A stretch of 64,000 nt of DNA, taken from assembly GCA_946412015.1 (NCBI GenBank), contig CAMKGA010000006.1, positions 127 through 64,126 on the forward strand, in the 5' to 3' direction. Below are positions 41,665-50,519 of the stretch, piece by piece. Below the pieces are notes generated by a model. That model did no database searches. It worked only from the letters and a program-made list of their open reading frames with translations, and had not been told where the DNA came from. The DNA comes from an uncultured Bacillales bacterium (GTDB lineage Bacteria; Bacillota_I; Bacilli_A; RF39; UBA660). The translations under genes and the position numbers were made by a program. The stretch's first letter is position 1. Each line of letters starts with the position of its first letter.

Positions 41665-41848
41665 TTACTTTATCTCCTAACTTATTAACTAAATTATTTA
41701 AAATTTGTGTATGTTTATTTGACTCTTCTTCTATAAATGATATTAAATTTTTATCTTCTAAATTATTAATTGTAAAATCACATATTGATATAATATTTTT
41801 TTCATGTCCTACTGCATCTTCTAAATATAATAATTCTTTTTCTGTCAT
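41657..41848 (-). CDS. small spore coat-associated protein
   Basis: MTEKELLYLEDAVGHE; coupled to the CotF-like gene; SigG-like promoter. Confidence 0.65.
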   Translation of the reverse strand: MTEKELLYLEDAVGHEKNIISICDFTINNLEDKNLISFIEEESNKHTQILNNLVNKLGDKVNE

Positions 41849-41897
41849 ATTATCCTCCCAATACTATTATGGATAATATTTCATTTTTTAAACATTT

Positions 41898-42533
41898 TTA
41901 AAGACCATCAGTAAAATTTGTAAAGTTATCTCTTTCCATTTTTGGTATTCCATATTCATCTTTACCTAATTTTATAGCTTTAATTAAAAAGGCCATATTT
42001 TTACCTAAGTTTCTCATGGTTTGTAATCCTTCTAAATCTTTTTTAGCATCACTTGCTTTAGAACCGTGAATCTCATTCCAATATGTACTTGATACAATAG
42101 GCATACCAGCTATTGTAAAATACTTATTAATCTCATCTAGTGCTGATGTACTTCCTGCTCTTCTTGATGAAATTACAGCAGCTCCTACTTTCATTACTTT
42201 AGAAAAACTTGTACTATAAAATAGTCTATCCAAAATAGAAATAACCTGGCCATTAGCACCAGCATAGTATACAGGTGTGCCAATTACAATACCATCTGCT
42301 TCTTTAAATTTTATAGCTAACTTATTTACTATATCATCAAAAGTACAAACTCCATTTTTTCTACAGTATCCACAAGCAATACATCCTCTAACACTATTAG
42401 AACCAACATAAATATATTCTGTATCAATCCCTTCAATATTTAGAGTATTTTCTAATTCTTTAAGTGCCACACTAGTACATCCAGAACTATGCGGACTACC
42501 ATTTATTATTAATACTTTCATTTTTACCTCCAT
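41898..42533 (-). CDS. iron-sulfur flavoprotein / NADPH-dependent FMN reductase family
   Basis: INGSPH, CIACGYC..C, GTPVYY. Confidence 0.88.
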   Translation of the reverse strand: MEVKMKVLIINGSPHSSGCTSVALKELENTLNIEGIDTEYIYVGSNSVRGCIACGYCRKNGVCTFDDIVNKLAIKFKEADGIVIGTPVYYAGANGQVISILDRLFYSTSFSKVMKVGAAVISSRRAGSTSALDEINKYFTIAGMPIVSSTYWNEIHGSKASDAKKDLEGLQTMRNLGKNMAFLIKAIKLGKDEYGIPKMERDNFTNFTDGL

Positions 42534-42545
42534 TAAAATATATAA

Positions 42546-43439
42546 TTACTTTCTCAAATTTTTACTTATCATTTCTAAATCGTCTGTAAGTTGATTTATA
42601 CGAGATATAATTCTTCCTGCTTTGATTTCTTCAATTCCATCTTTACTTTTTGATAAATGACTATTTAATTCATTTATATTAAAATTAGATGTAATAAATG
42701 TTGTTAAATGATTATCCATTCTATATTGTAGTATTGGACATAATATTTCATCTCTATTATATGCAGTTAAATTTTCTGCTCCTAAATCATCAATAAGAAG
42801 CAAATCAACATTCTTTACATATTCAACTGAATCTTTAAAATCATATGAAAACATATCACGAATAAATTCAGGCCAAAATATTATTGATGTTTTATATCCT
42901 TTTTTAGATAATTCATTAAATGTAGCAGCTATTAAATATGTTTTTCCACACCCAAAATTACCGTGCAAAAAAAGTCCTTTATTATGTCCATTATAATTAT
43001 CTAAAAAATCTAAAAGCCAGTTAATAACTTTAAATCTATTTTTATCTGTTTTATATATTTTAGAAATACTTGCATCAAGAAGAACTTCTGGAGTTTTAAA
43101 ATTTCTTATATTTTTTTTATATTTATCTTTTTTCATTATAGTTTTTTTATACTTACATGGTTTATATTCAAACAATAAATTTCCATCTACTACCTTAGGC
43201 AAATAAGCAAAACCCTTTATTTTATTTTTACATTCTAATATGTTTTTGCAATTACTACAATTTTTAAGTTCACAACTAGCTTCTTCAATTAATGATGTAT
43301 ATTTTTCCAAATAATCTTTATCTAATTTTAGCTTTGATACTATCTTATTAAAATATTCATCTTTCATTGAATTATCATATTCTTTATCAAGCATAGATTT
43401 ATCACTTTTCATATTTGTTAAATTATTAAAAAAATCCAT
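42546..43439 (-). CDS. dnaI: primosomal helicase loader DnaI
   Basis: N-terminal Cys zinc motif, GNFGCGKT, LIDDLGAE, TSN. Confidence 0.93.
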   Translation of the reverse strand: MDFFNNLTNMKSDKSMLDKEYDNSMKDEYFNKIVSKLKLDKDYLEKYTSLIEEASCELKNCSNCKNILECKNKIKGFAYLPKVVDGNLLFEYKPCKYKKTIMKKDKYKKNIRNFKTPEVLLDASISKIYKTDKNRFKVINWLLDFLDNYNGHNKGLFLHGNFGCGKTYLIAATFNELSKKGYKTSIIFWPEFIRDMFSYDFKDSVEYVKNVDLLLIDDLGAENLTAYNRDEILCPILQYRMDNHLTTFITSNFNINELNSHLSKSKDGIEEIKAGRIISRINQLTDDLEMISKNLRK

Positions 43440-43440
43440 A

Positions 43441-44715
43441 TTATCTACTTCCTATACGTTGTTCTAATGCCCTAATTTCTAAATCTGTTGCAGTATTCTC
43501 TTCTATTTCTTGATTAAACCATTCAGGTTTACTTTCAATCTTAACAGTCTTTTTAACACTATTTTTTCTATTATTCTTTTTATATTCAGCTTCAGCAAAC
43601 TTCATAGCATCCTCAACTGTCTCTATATTGCTACGACTCCACTGTGATGCTATAGTATCTACATATGACTTTGTAAGTTTATTATTATTTATTTTTAAAA
43701 TATAATCTATAAGTACATTAACGACACCTGGTTTTAAATTTAAATCTAAAAGTAAATGAGCAATTATTCTTAAATCAGATGCAGTTGGATTACTATTTTT
43801 ATATTTACTATTAATAAAATCATAAGGAGATGTTACCTCAAACATATATATCATCTTACTACGATTCGAATCATCGCTTATTTTTTTTCTTAAATATTCT
43901 GGCTGATTTTTATATATCAAACTTGGTAATTTTCCTAAATTATCAAAACTATAATACTTTTCTGCATTTTCTCTTAATACTTTTTTATCTATTCTATGCA
44001 TATCATTAATACTATTTCTAATTAAAGAAACCATATCATCATTATCATAGTTATATATATAAGAAATATTATATATATATTCTTTTAATGATTTATTAAT
44101 AGTTCTTTTATTTAATAGTTCATCTGGTATTAAATTTAATATTGTATTTAGATCAATATTAGATAATATTTCAATATGTCTATGCCTTGATTTTTTTAAA
44201 TCATAAATTAAATTATCATTAATACCATTATTCGAAAAACCAAATACATCACTAAAATTTTTAGTTATATCATTATATTCCCTTAAATTAAGATTAGGTA
44301 TTTTATAAAAATTAATAATTTTTTCGTATTCTAATTTTCCAATTGCGTTATAAAGTGCTGTTGCAAGTACTGGATTATTTATAAACTCTGATGCACTCAT
44401 AGGTGAATAAAGTTCATATATATAACTATTGATATTTCCTTCTTTTAAATATGTCTTTAAAAGACCTACTGCTTCTAATTTAACTCTTGCATCATCTATT
44501 TCATTAATTGTTATTTGCATATTAGTAAGTAAATGATGATGAGTCCACTCATTACTTATAAGTTCCATCTTATCTAAATAAGACCATAAAGTATAATAAA
44601 GGCTTACTGACCCATTACCAATTAATGGCTGATAAAGATTTAAAAGTATGCCTAAATCACTTGAATTTAATACTGTTTTATTTGTAACAATAAATGTATC
44701 AGCTGGTAATGTCAT
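43441..44715 (-). CDS. dnaB: replication initiation/membrane attachment protein (Bacillus-type DnaB)
   Basis: LYQPLIG, LEAVGLL, GVVNVLIDY, IASQW, PEW; directly upstream of dnaI. Confidence 0.9.
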   Translation of the reverse strand: MTLPADTFIVTNKTVLNSSDLGILLNLYQPLIGNGSVSLYYTLWSYLDKMELISNEWTHHHLLTNMQITINEIDDARVKLEAVGLLKTYLKEGNINSYIYELYSPMSASEFINNPVLATALYNAIGKLEYEKIINFYKIPNLNLREYNDITKNFSDVFGFSNNGINDNLIYDLKKSRHRHIEILSNIDLNTILNLIPDELLNKRTINKSLKEYIYNISYIYNYDNDDMVSLIRNSINDMHRIDKKVLRENAEKYYSFDNLGKLPSLIYKNQPEYLRKKISDDSNRSKMIYMFEVTSPYDFINSKYKNSNPTASDLRIIAHLLLDLNLKPGVVNVLIDYILKINNNKLTKSYVDTIASQWSRSNIETVEDAMKFAEAEYKKNNRKNSVKKTVKIESKPEWFNQEIEENTATDLEIRALEQRIGSR

Positions 44716-44774
44716 AAAACCTCCTTTAATAATTAGTTTAACATAATAAGTAAAAAAAAAAAAGATTATTTTAG

Positions 44775-44990
44775 TCAATTATTAATATGATCTTCAAAAA
44801 AAATATCATCAGGTTTCATATTAAAAATTTGAGCTATTTTACAAGCATTATTATAAGATAATACTCTTTTTCCTGATTCAATCAAATAATAATATGTACC
44901 TGTAATTCCTAATTTAAGTCCCATACAATTACAAGAATAACCATGTTTTTTTCTTAATTTCTTTAATTTTATATACATTTTAACCTCCAA
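44775..44990 (-). CDS. XRE/Cro-like HTH protein
   Basis: LKKLRKKHG...LGIT...IESGKR...IAQIF. Confidence 0.85.
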   Translation of the reverse strand: MEVKMYIKLKKLRKKHGYSCNCMGLKLGITGTYYYLIESGKRVLSYNNACKIAQIFNMKPDDIFFEDHINN

Positions 44991-44994
44991 ATTT

Positions 44995-45011
44995 GTACAC
45001 TCTTAGTGTAC
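44995..45011. promoter_or_regulatory. operator palindrome between divergent HTH genes
   Basis: GTACACT-CTT-AGTGTAC, directly adjacent to a minus-strand TTGACA (45017-45012). Confidence 0.65.
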
Positions 45012-45048
45012 TGTCAATTTAATAAAAATATGAGAAAATTAGTTAGGA

Positions 45049-45291
45049 GTGAGTTTTATGAATCAAGTAAGTCTATATGAAGAGTACAACAACTTATCCA
45101 ATAATATAAAAATATATAGAAGAAGATTGCATTTAACTCAAGAACAACTTGCAGAAAAAGCTAAATGTTCAACTTCCTATATAAAACAAATCGAATCTCA
45201 AAAAAATTTTAAAAACGTCTCTTTTATAACAATTACAAATATAAGTAAAGCTTTAAATATAGATATAGCAGACTTATTTAAAAAACAATAA
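45049..45291 (+). CDS. XRE-family HTH regulator
   Basis: NIKIYRRRLHLTQEQLAEK...YIKQIES. Confidence 0.88.
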   Translation: MSFMNQVSLYEEYNNLSNNIKIYRRRLHLTQEQLAEKAKCSTSYIKQIESQKNFKNVSFITITNISKALNIDIADLFKKQ

Positions 45292-45444
45292 ACTAATTAA
45301 AAGAAGCATTGCTTCTTTTTTTCATATTACATTTAAATTGACACAAAATTAATATATCATTTTTAATGTTCATTTACAAGTATATAATAAAAAGACAGAA
45401 AAATTTATTCTATAAACTTCTATCTTTTACACATAAAAACTAGT

Positions 45445-45852
45445 TTATCTTCTTTTTCCCTCAAAATTAGAATCTACGTATTCATCATATAATGATGTTG
45501 GTTCAGTTCCAAATCCAAATCCATCATCTTCAAACATACCATTATTCCATTTATTATGACAATGTCCGCCATTAAATGCAGAGGCTCTAGTACCAAACCT
45601 TGTAATTTTCTCATCCAAATTTTTATCATAATCTACAGTAGAATCATCACATTTTAAAATCAAATCATAAATAGTTTTTGCAAGTTCTTCCTCACTTAAA
45701 TTACTTTGTTTTAATATAGAATAAACTAATAAATCAGAATCACATCCACCAATATTTAAATGATATAATGTATTATAAACTTGTTTTGTATTAAGATTAT
45801 ACTTTCTTAATAAATCACTAACTTTTATTTTTCTAACATTTTCTTTTTTCAT
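45445..45852 (-). CDS. hypothetical protein
   Basis: ORF with RBS; no recognisable motif. Confidence 0.55.
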   Translation of the reverse strand: MKKENVRKIKVSDLLRKYNLNTKQVYNTLYHLNIGGCDSDLLVYSILKQSNLSEEELAKTIYDLILKCDDSTVDYDKNLDEKITRFGTRASAFNGGHCHNKWNNGMFEDDGFGFGTEPTSLYDEYVDSNFEGKRR

Positions 45853-45908
45853 AAAGCACCTTCCAATTCAAATTAAGTATATCATAAATAATAAAAGTAC
45901 ACAAACAA

Positions 45909-46322
45909 TTATTTGAAATGCCTAGCTGCCTCCTCACTACTAAGTCCTTCTACAATAAATCCCTCATTAATTAATTTATCTCTTTTAGGAGTATAACCAA
46001 GTCTTCCAAAACTAGCAAGATCATCCCCAATACTAGGATTATTTATATATTCTTCTCTATTATTATTAATATTAAATATTGCACTACTAATCTCTTTTAA
46101 ATAATTTTGATCTTTAATTCTATCAAAAATCGTAATCTCATCATAAGTAAATGCTCCAATTAATAAATCATCTCTTTTTCTAAACTCTTCTAAACTATTT
46201 ACATTTTCTTTTTTTAAATATTCATAAGCCTCATATAATCTAGTCTTATAATTTTCATTTCTAGATAAAATACTATACGTTCTAATATCACTAATAACTT
46301 GCTTAACTGTCATCTTCATCAC
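45909..46322 (-). CDS. hypothetical protein
   Basis: ORF with upstream TTGACT/TATACT promoter-like elements. Confidence 0.55.
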   Translation of the reverse strand: MMKMTVKQVISDIRTYSILSRNENYKTRLYEAYEYLKKENVNSLEEFRKRDDLLIGAFTYDEITIFDRIKDQNYLKEISSAIFNINNNREEYINNPSIGDDLASFGRLGYTPKRDKLINEGFIVEGLSSEEAARHFK

Positions 46323-46394
46323 CCAAGTTTAGTATATCAAACAAATAAATTACAGTCAATAAGAGGGGGATATTATTAGTTAGTACATTTCAAA

Positions 46395-46508
46395 AAATTA
46401 TGTAATTATAGTGCCATTTTTATTATGAATATTGAAAGTGAAAAATATTATCAAACTGTAAGTCTAGGAACATTATGGAAATTTGCAATGGTTTTGGATT
46501 CTTTATAA
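46395..46508 (+). pseudogene. remnant of an XRE HTH gene
   Basis: Reads KLCNYSAIFIMNIESEKYYQTVSLGTLWKFAMVLD, resembling the C-terminal half of 45049-45291. Confidence 0.5.
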
Positions 46509-46870
46509 AATCAGATACAATAGTTTGCTCTTGATTTATTAATTTACTTTTTGTTTCTTCGTCTAATCTTTCATACTCTCTTGATTTAATCTTATCATGT
46601 AATGGTCTATAATTATTTTTTATTGTAATGTTTATATAATAATTAATCTTATTAACATCTTTTAATACTATAAGTTCTATACAGTGATTCCAACTCAATT
46701 ATGTCAGCAGTGCTGACACTTTCTTATTACTAAAAACTTTATAAAACTATCTCATCCTAAACAAGGTTCTTTTGTTATACTTTTTTCCCATTTCTAAAAT
46801 AAGTTTTAACTTTATTTCTTTCTTTTGAATAATCTTAAACCATTCCATATATTTCATTATAATAATTCAT
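46494..46870 (-). pseudogene. decayed YhcG/DUF1016 (PD-(D/E)XK) gene
   Basis: Fragments MNYYNEI, KDYSKERNKVKTY, LFRMR*FY, VSALLT*LSWNH, IKSREYERL, FIKNP with stops and frameshifts. Confidence 0.75.
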
Positions 46871-47018
46871 AATACCTACTATAATAAAAAGAAGATTACT
46901 CTTCTTGTCTCTTGCTAGATAAAAATGTTACTTTTTCAGCAACTACTTCAACAACTTGCTTTTTTTCATCATTTAATTCATAGTTTCTAGTTTGAATTCT
47001 TCATTTAATACCTACTAA
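46865..47018 (-). repeat. diverged duplicate of the ssb 3' end, downstream spacer, RBS and ATGAAT
   Basis: Aligns by eye to 48633-48792. Confidence 0.9.
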
Positions 47019-47044
47019 TGGTTTTTGGTGATACTCATTCAACT

Positions 47045-47749
47045 CTACCGTATTACTTTAAAACCGTTAGAATTACCTTTTTGATTTGAAAAAGTATTAA
47101 CTAGTTCAACAAAATAATTATTAACTTCTTCCACAGTAGTTTCATTGTTTAATGGATATCTTAGCAAAACTCCATGTGTTATATATGGGAACAAGAATAA
47201 GGTATGCTTTTTTTTATAAAACTCGACATATAAAGGATCATTTGGTCGTGGATTTGTATTTTCAAATTCTTCATACCTTGCTATTAATTTTTCTGGAACA
47301 CTCCTACCTGTACGTGGAATAGTGACAAATTCAATTAATTCTTTATTTGAAGGAACTACACTATTTAATTTACACAAATCCAAAAAAGCTTTTTTTCCAT
47401 TTTCTGGTAACTTTTCAACCAACGAAAAATTATTTTCATCACATAATGACAATAAATTTTCTTGATTTTCAGAACTCATAGATTTAAAATCCAATAATAT
47501 CCAAGCATATCCATTTGAAAAAGACCAATCTCTATTAATTCCATCTTTAAAAGTAACATTTTTTCTTCTGGGAATGTCTTTATTTAATACATCATGCTTA
47601 TTACAACTTGACATAACTGTTCTAACACCAAGTTCTTTAAATATTTTACAACTCTCTAATAATGGTAATTCAATCAGTTTATATAAATCATCGGCACTAT
47701 TAATTATTACGCTGTCTCCATCTATTCTTTCAACTTCAAGTACTTTCAT
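47045..47749 (-). CDS. hypothetical protein
   Basis: PLLESC...GVRTVMSSCN...AWI motif; AGGAG RBS. Confidence 0.6.
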   Translation of the reverse strand: MKVLEVERIDGDSVIINSADDLYKLIELPLLESCKIFKELGVRTVMSSCNKHDVLNKDIPRRKNVTFKDGINRDWSFSNGYAWILLDFKSMSSENQENLLSLCDENNFSLVEKLPENGKKAFLDLCKLNSVVPSNKELIEFVTIPRTGRSVPEKLIARYEEFENTNPRPNDPLYVEFYKKKHTLFLFPYITHGVLLRYPLNNETTVEEVNNYFVELVNTFSNQKGNSNGFKVIR

Positions 47750-47822
47750 AACATTTTCAACTCCTTAGAAATATTGTAATTTAACAATAACATTTTAATT
47801 ATATCATATAGCATTTCCTATT

Positions 47823-48638
47823 TCAATTCCTCATAAATCTCTTTCTCATACATTCCTCATAAATCTCTTTCTCATACAATTCTTTAGTAATCTTAGAAAT
47901 ATTTCCACCTCTTCTTGCAACTTTAATATTCTCACTTAATCCCTTAGGATTTTCTTTTATAGCAATATCACGAGTTGTTACTTCACCTAAATCTGTAAGT
48001 ATTACTTCTATATCACTCATATTATCTCTTAAAGATTCTTTAGTTAAACCTTTACTATTTTTATACTCTCTTGAAGTCATACCTGACCAAGTTTTATATA
48101 TTTCATCAGTTAGCATTGCATACTCAAAATCTTTTTCAATACCTCCTTTTTTCCATACATCAGTTAGTTTTTTTCTATTAAGTATGCCTTTTAATCTTAA
48201 TTCTATCCAATTATCATCATAGCCTTTATTTCTATAATAGTTTATTGCTCTATCAATAGCAAGTGACGGATCATATACTTCATCTATCCTTTCACTACCT
48301 AAATTTGCAAGCCATAATTTAAATGGTTCTGCCTTTGGTGATGGAATAGACTCAATTAGCCTTAGTATTCCTTTAGTATCTAAACAATCTGTTTTATATA
48401 GTTTTCCATCTTTTAAAGACTTTAATTTCAGTTCCCGACATTTTGTCGGAAGCTTACTTTTTTCATTATGCAACAATCTTCTTTTTAAAGTTGTCCAATA
48501 ATCACTAGAATCTTTTGGTTCAGCTAAAGCATTTATTACATCCACCACACTAAAATAATACTCTTCTTTATTACTATCCCATACACTTCTTATTTTCTTT
48601 CCTTCAAATATTTTATTTATTGTTTCTAATTTATTCAT
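47823..48638 (-). CDS. Bro-N / antirepressor-like DNA-binding protein with an altered C-terminus
   Basis: FEGKKIRSVWD, FSVVDVI, SIPSPKAEPFKLWLA, SLRDNM; start MNKLET. Confidence 0.85.
   Translation of the reverse strand: MNKLETINKIFEGKKIRSVWDSNKEEYYFSVVDVINALAEPKDSSDYWTTLKRRLLHNEKSKLPTKCRELKLKSLKDGKLYKTDCLDTKGILRLIESIPSPKAEPFKLWLANLGSERIDEVYDPSLAIDRAINYYRNKGYDDNWIELRLKGILNRKKLTDVWKKGGIEKDFEYAMLTDEIYKTWSGMTSREYKNSKGLTKESLRDNMSDIEVILTDLGEVTTRDIAIKENPKGLSENIKVARRGGNISKITKELYEKEIYEECMRKRFMRN
47826..47877. repeat. 26-bp perfect tandem duplication
   Basis: ATTCCTCATAAATCTCTTTCTCATAC x2. Confidence 0.9.
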
Positions 48639-48663
48639 AATACCTCCTAAAGAAAAAAACAGA

Positions 48664-48999
48664 TTACTCTGCTTCTTCTTGTCTCTTACTAGATAAAAAT
48701 GTGACTTTCTCTGCAACTACTTCAACAGCTTGCTTTTTTTCATCATTTACTTCATAGTTTCTAGTTTGTATTCTTCCTTTTATACCAACTAAATCTCCTT
48801 GCTTACAGTATGATACTGTACTTTCTGCAACTCCCTTCCAAAGAATACACGAAATAAAATCGGTATCATATTCACCATTTGAATTTTTAAATGAACGAGG
48901 AACAGCTAAAGTAATATTAGATACCTTCTTACCAGATTCAGTTATTTTAAGTTCAGGTTCTTTAACTATTCTACCTACTAACACTGCTTGATTTAACAT
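48664..48999 (-). CDS. ssb: single-stranded DNA-binding protein (short SsbB type)
   Basis: MLNQAVLVGR..PEL, DTDFI.C..W, GRIQTRNY; no long acidic tail. Confidence 0.93.
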   Translation of the reverse strand: MLNQAVLVGRIVKEPELKITESGKKVSNITLAVPRSFKNSNGEYDTDFISCILWKGVAESTVSYCKQGDLVGIKGRIQTRNYEVNDEKKQAVEVVAEKVTFLSSKRQEEAE

Positions 49000-49158
49000 T
49001 TATAATATCTCCTTTCGAAGACATATTAACAAATATTTTTTTATTAAACAAATATCAGTTTTTTAAATATTAATAAATATTTATTACAATAGAAAAAATA
49101 CTAAATATCAATATTTCAATTTAGTATTTATATTTACTTATTTTATTTAAATTTAGTA

Positions 49159-50463
49159 TTAAAAATAATTTTTTAAAAGTGCATTTAACTCAACTGCATA
49201 TTCCATAGGTAATTCTTCTCTAAATCTTTCAATAAATCCCATTATTATTAACTCTTTAGCACGTTCTAAAGTTATTCCTCTACTCATTAAATAAAACAAT
49301 TTATCTTGACTTATACGTGCGACAGTTGCTTCATGATTTAAATTAGATGTTGAATTACTAACTATATTTTTAGGTACTGTATCACTTTTAGACTCAGGAT
49401 CTAAAATAATTGTATCGCATTTTACTAATGCATTAGAATGTTCTGCCTCTTTTGTTATATTTACCCAACCACGATATGTTGCTTCTCCACCAGATACTGC
49501 TATACTTTTACTTATAATATCACTTTTAGTATATGGAGCTAAGTGTATCATTTTAGCACCTGCATCCTGTATTTGATTATCTTTAGCAACAGCAATAGAT
49601 ATACATCTACCAAGAGCGTATTTTCCATTTAAAATACAAGCTGGATATTTCATGTTCACAAATGATCCAATATTACCATCAATCCATTCCATCACACCAG
49701 ATTCTTCTACAATAGCTCTTTTAGTAACCAAGTTATAAATATTATTAGCCCAATTTTGAATTGTTGTATATCTACATTTAGCATTCTTTTTTACATATAT
49801 CTCAACAACAGCAGCATGGAGTGAGTCTGTTGTATAAGTAGGAGCTGTACATCCTTCCATATAATGTAAAGAAGAATTCTCATCTACAACAATTATTGTT
49901 CTTTCAAATTGTCCCATATTTTTACTATTAATTCTAAAATAGCTTTGAAGTGGTCTATCTAAGTGAGTATTAGGTGGAATATATATAAATGTACCACCAC
50001 TCCATACAGCACCATTTAGTGCAGTATACTTATTCTCATCATACTTAACAAGCTTATTAAAATATTCTTTAAATAAATCAGGATACTTTCTTAAAGCAGT
50101 ATCTGTATCGCAAAATATAACATTTTTATCTACTAATTCTTTTATCATATTATGATATACTACTTCACTTTCATATTGTGCACCCACACCTGCTAAATAT
50201 TTCTTTTCAGCTTCAGGTATACCCAATTTATCAAATGTATCTTTAACATCTTTAGGAACATCATCCCAACTTTTTTCTACTTTATCTGTAACTTTCTTAT
50301 AATAAGTAATATCGTCAAAATTAATATTTAAATCAGGTCCAAATACAGGATTAGGTGTTTGTTCAAATTTTAAATATGATTGAACTCTAAAGTCGCGCAT
50401 CCATTTTGGTTCTTTTTTTTGCTTTGATATTGACTCTACTATTTTCTTACTAATTCCTTTCAT
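49159..50463 (-). CDS. sufB: Fe-S cluster assembly protein SufB
   Basis: [42 protein letters not shown]. Confidence 0.95.
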   Translation of the reverse strand: MKGISKKIVESISKQKKEPKWMRDFRVQSYLKFEQTPNPVFGPDLNINFDDITYYKKVTDKVEKSWDDVPKDVKDTFDKLGIPEAEKKYLAGVGAQYESEVVYHNMIKELVDKNVIFCDTDTALRKYPDLFKEYFNKLVKYDENKYTALNGAVWSGGTFIYIPPNTHLDRPLQSYFRINSKNMGQFERTIIVVDENSSLHYMEGCTAPTYTTDSLHAAVVEIYVKKNAKCRYTTIQNWANNIYNLVTKRAIVEESGVMEWIDGNIGSFVNMKYPACILNGKYALGRCISIAVAKDNQIQDAGAKMIHLAPYTKSDIISKSIAVSGGEATYRGWVNITKEAEHSNALVKCDTIILDPESKSDTVPKNIVSNSTSNLNHEATVARISQDKLFYLMSRGITLERAKELIIMGFIERFREELPMEYAVELNALLKNYF

Positions 50464-50519
50464 TCAGATCACCTACTTTATTATACTAAAAAAATAGTTA
50501 AATAAAAAGTAGTTTTCTA

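Noticed and set aside
5605-45322. Short A-tract/hairpin/T-tract elements between genes (e.g. 5608, 8331, 26870, 34540, 45300) as a repeat family
   Set aside because: Stem sequences differ from each other; they are consistent with ordinary short intrinsic terminators.
44775-48999. Intact prophage
   Set aside because: HTH, Bro-N and ssb genes are present, but no integrase, terminase, structural or lysis genes.
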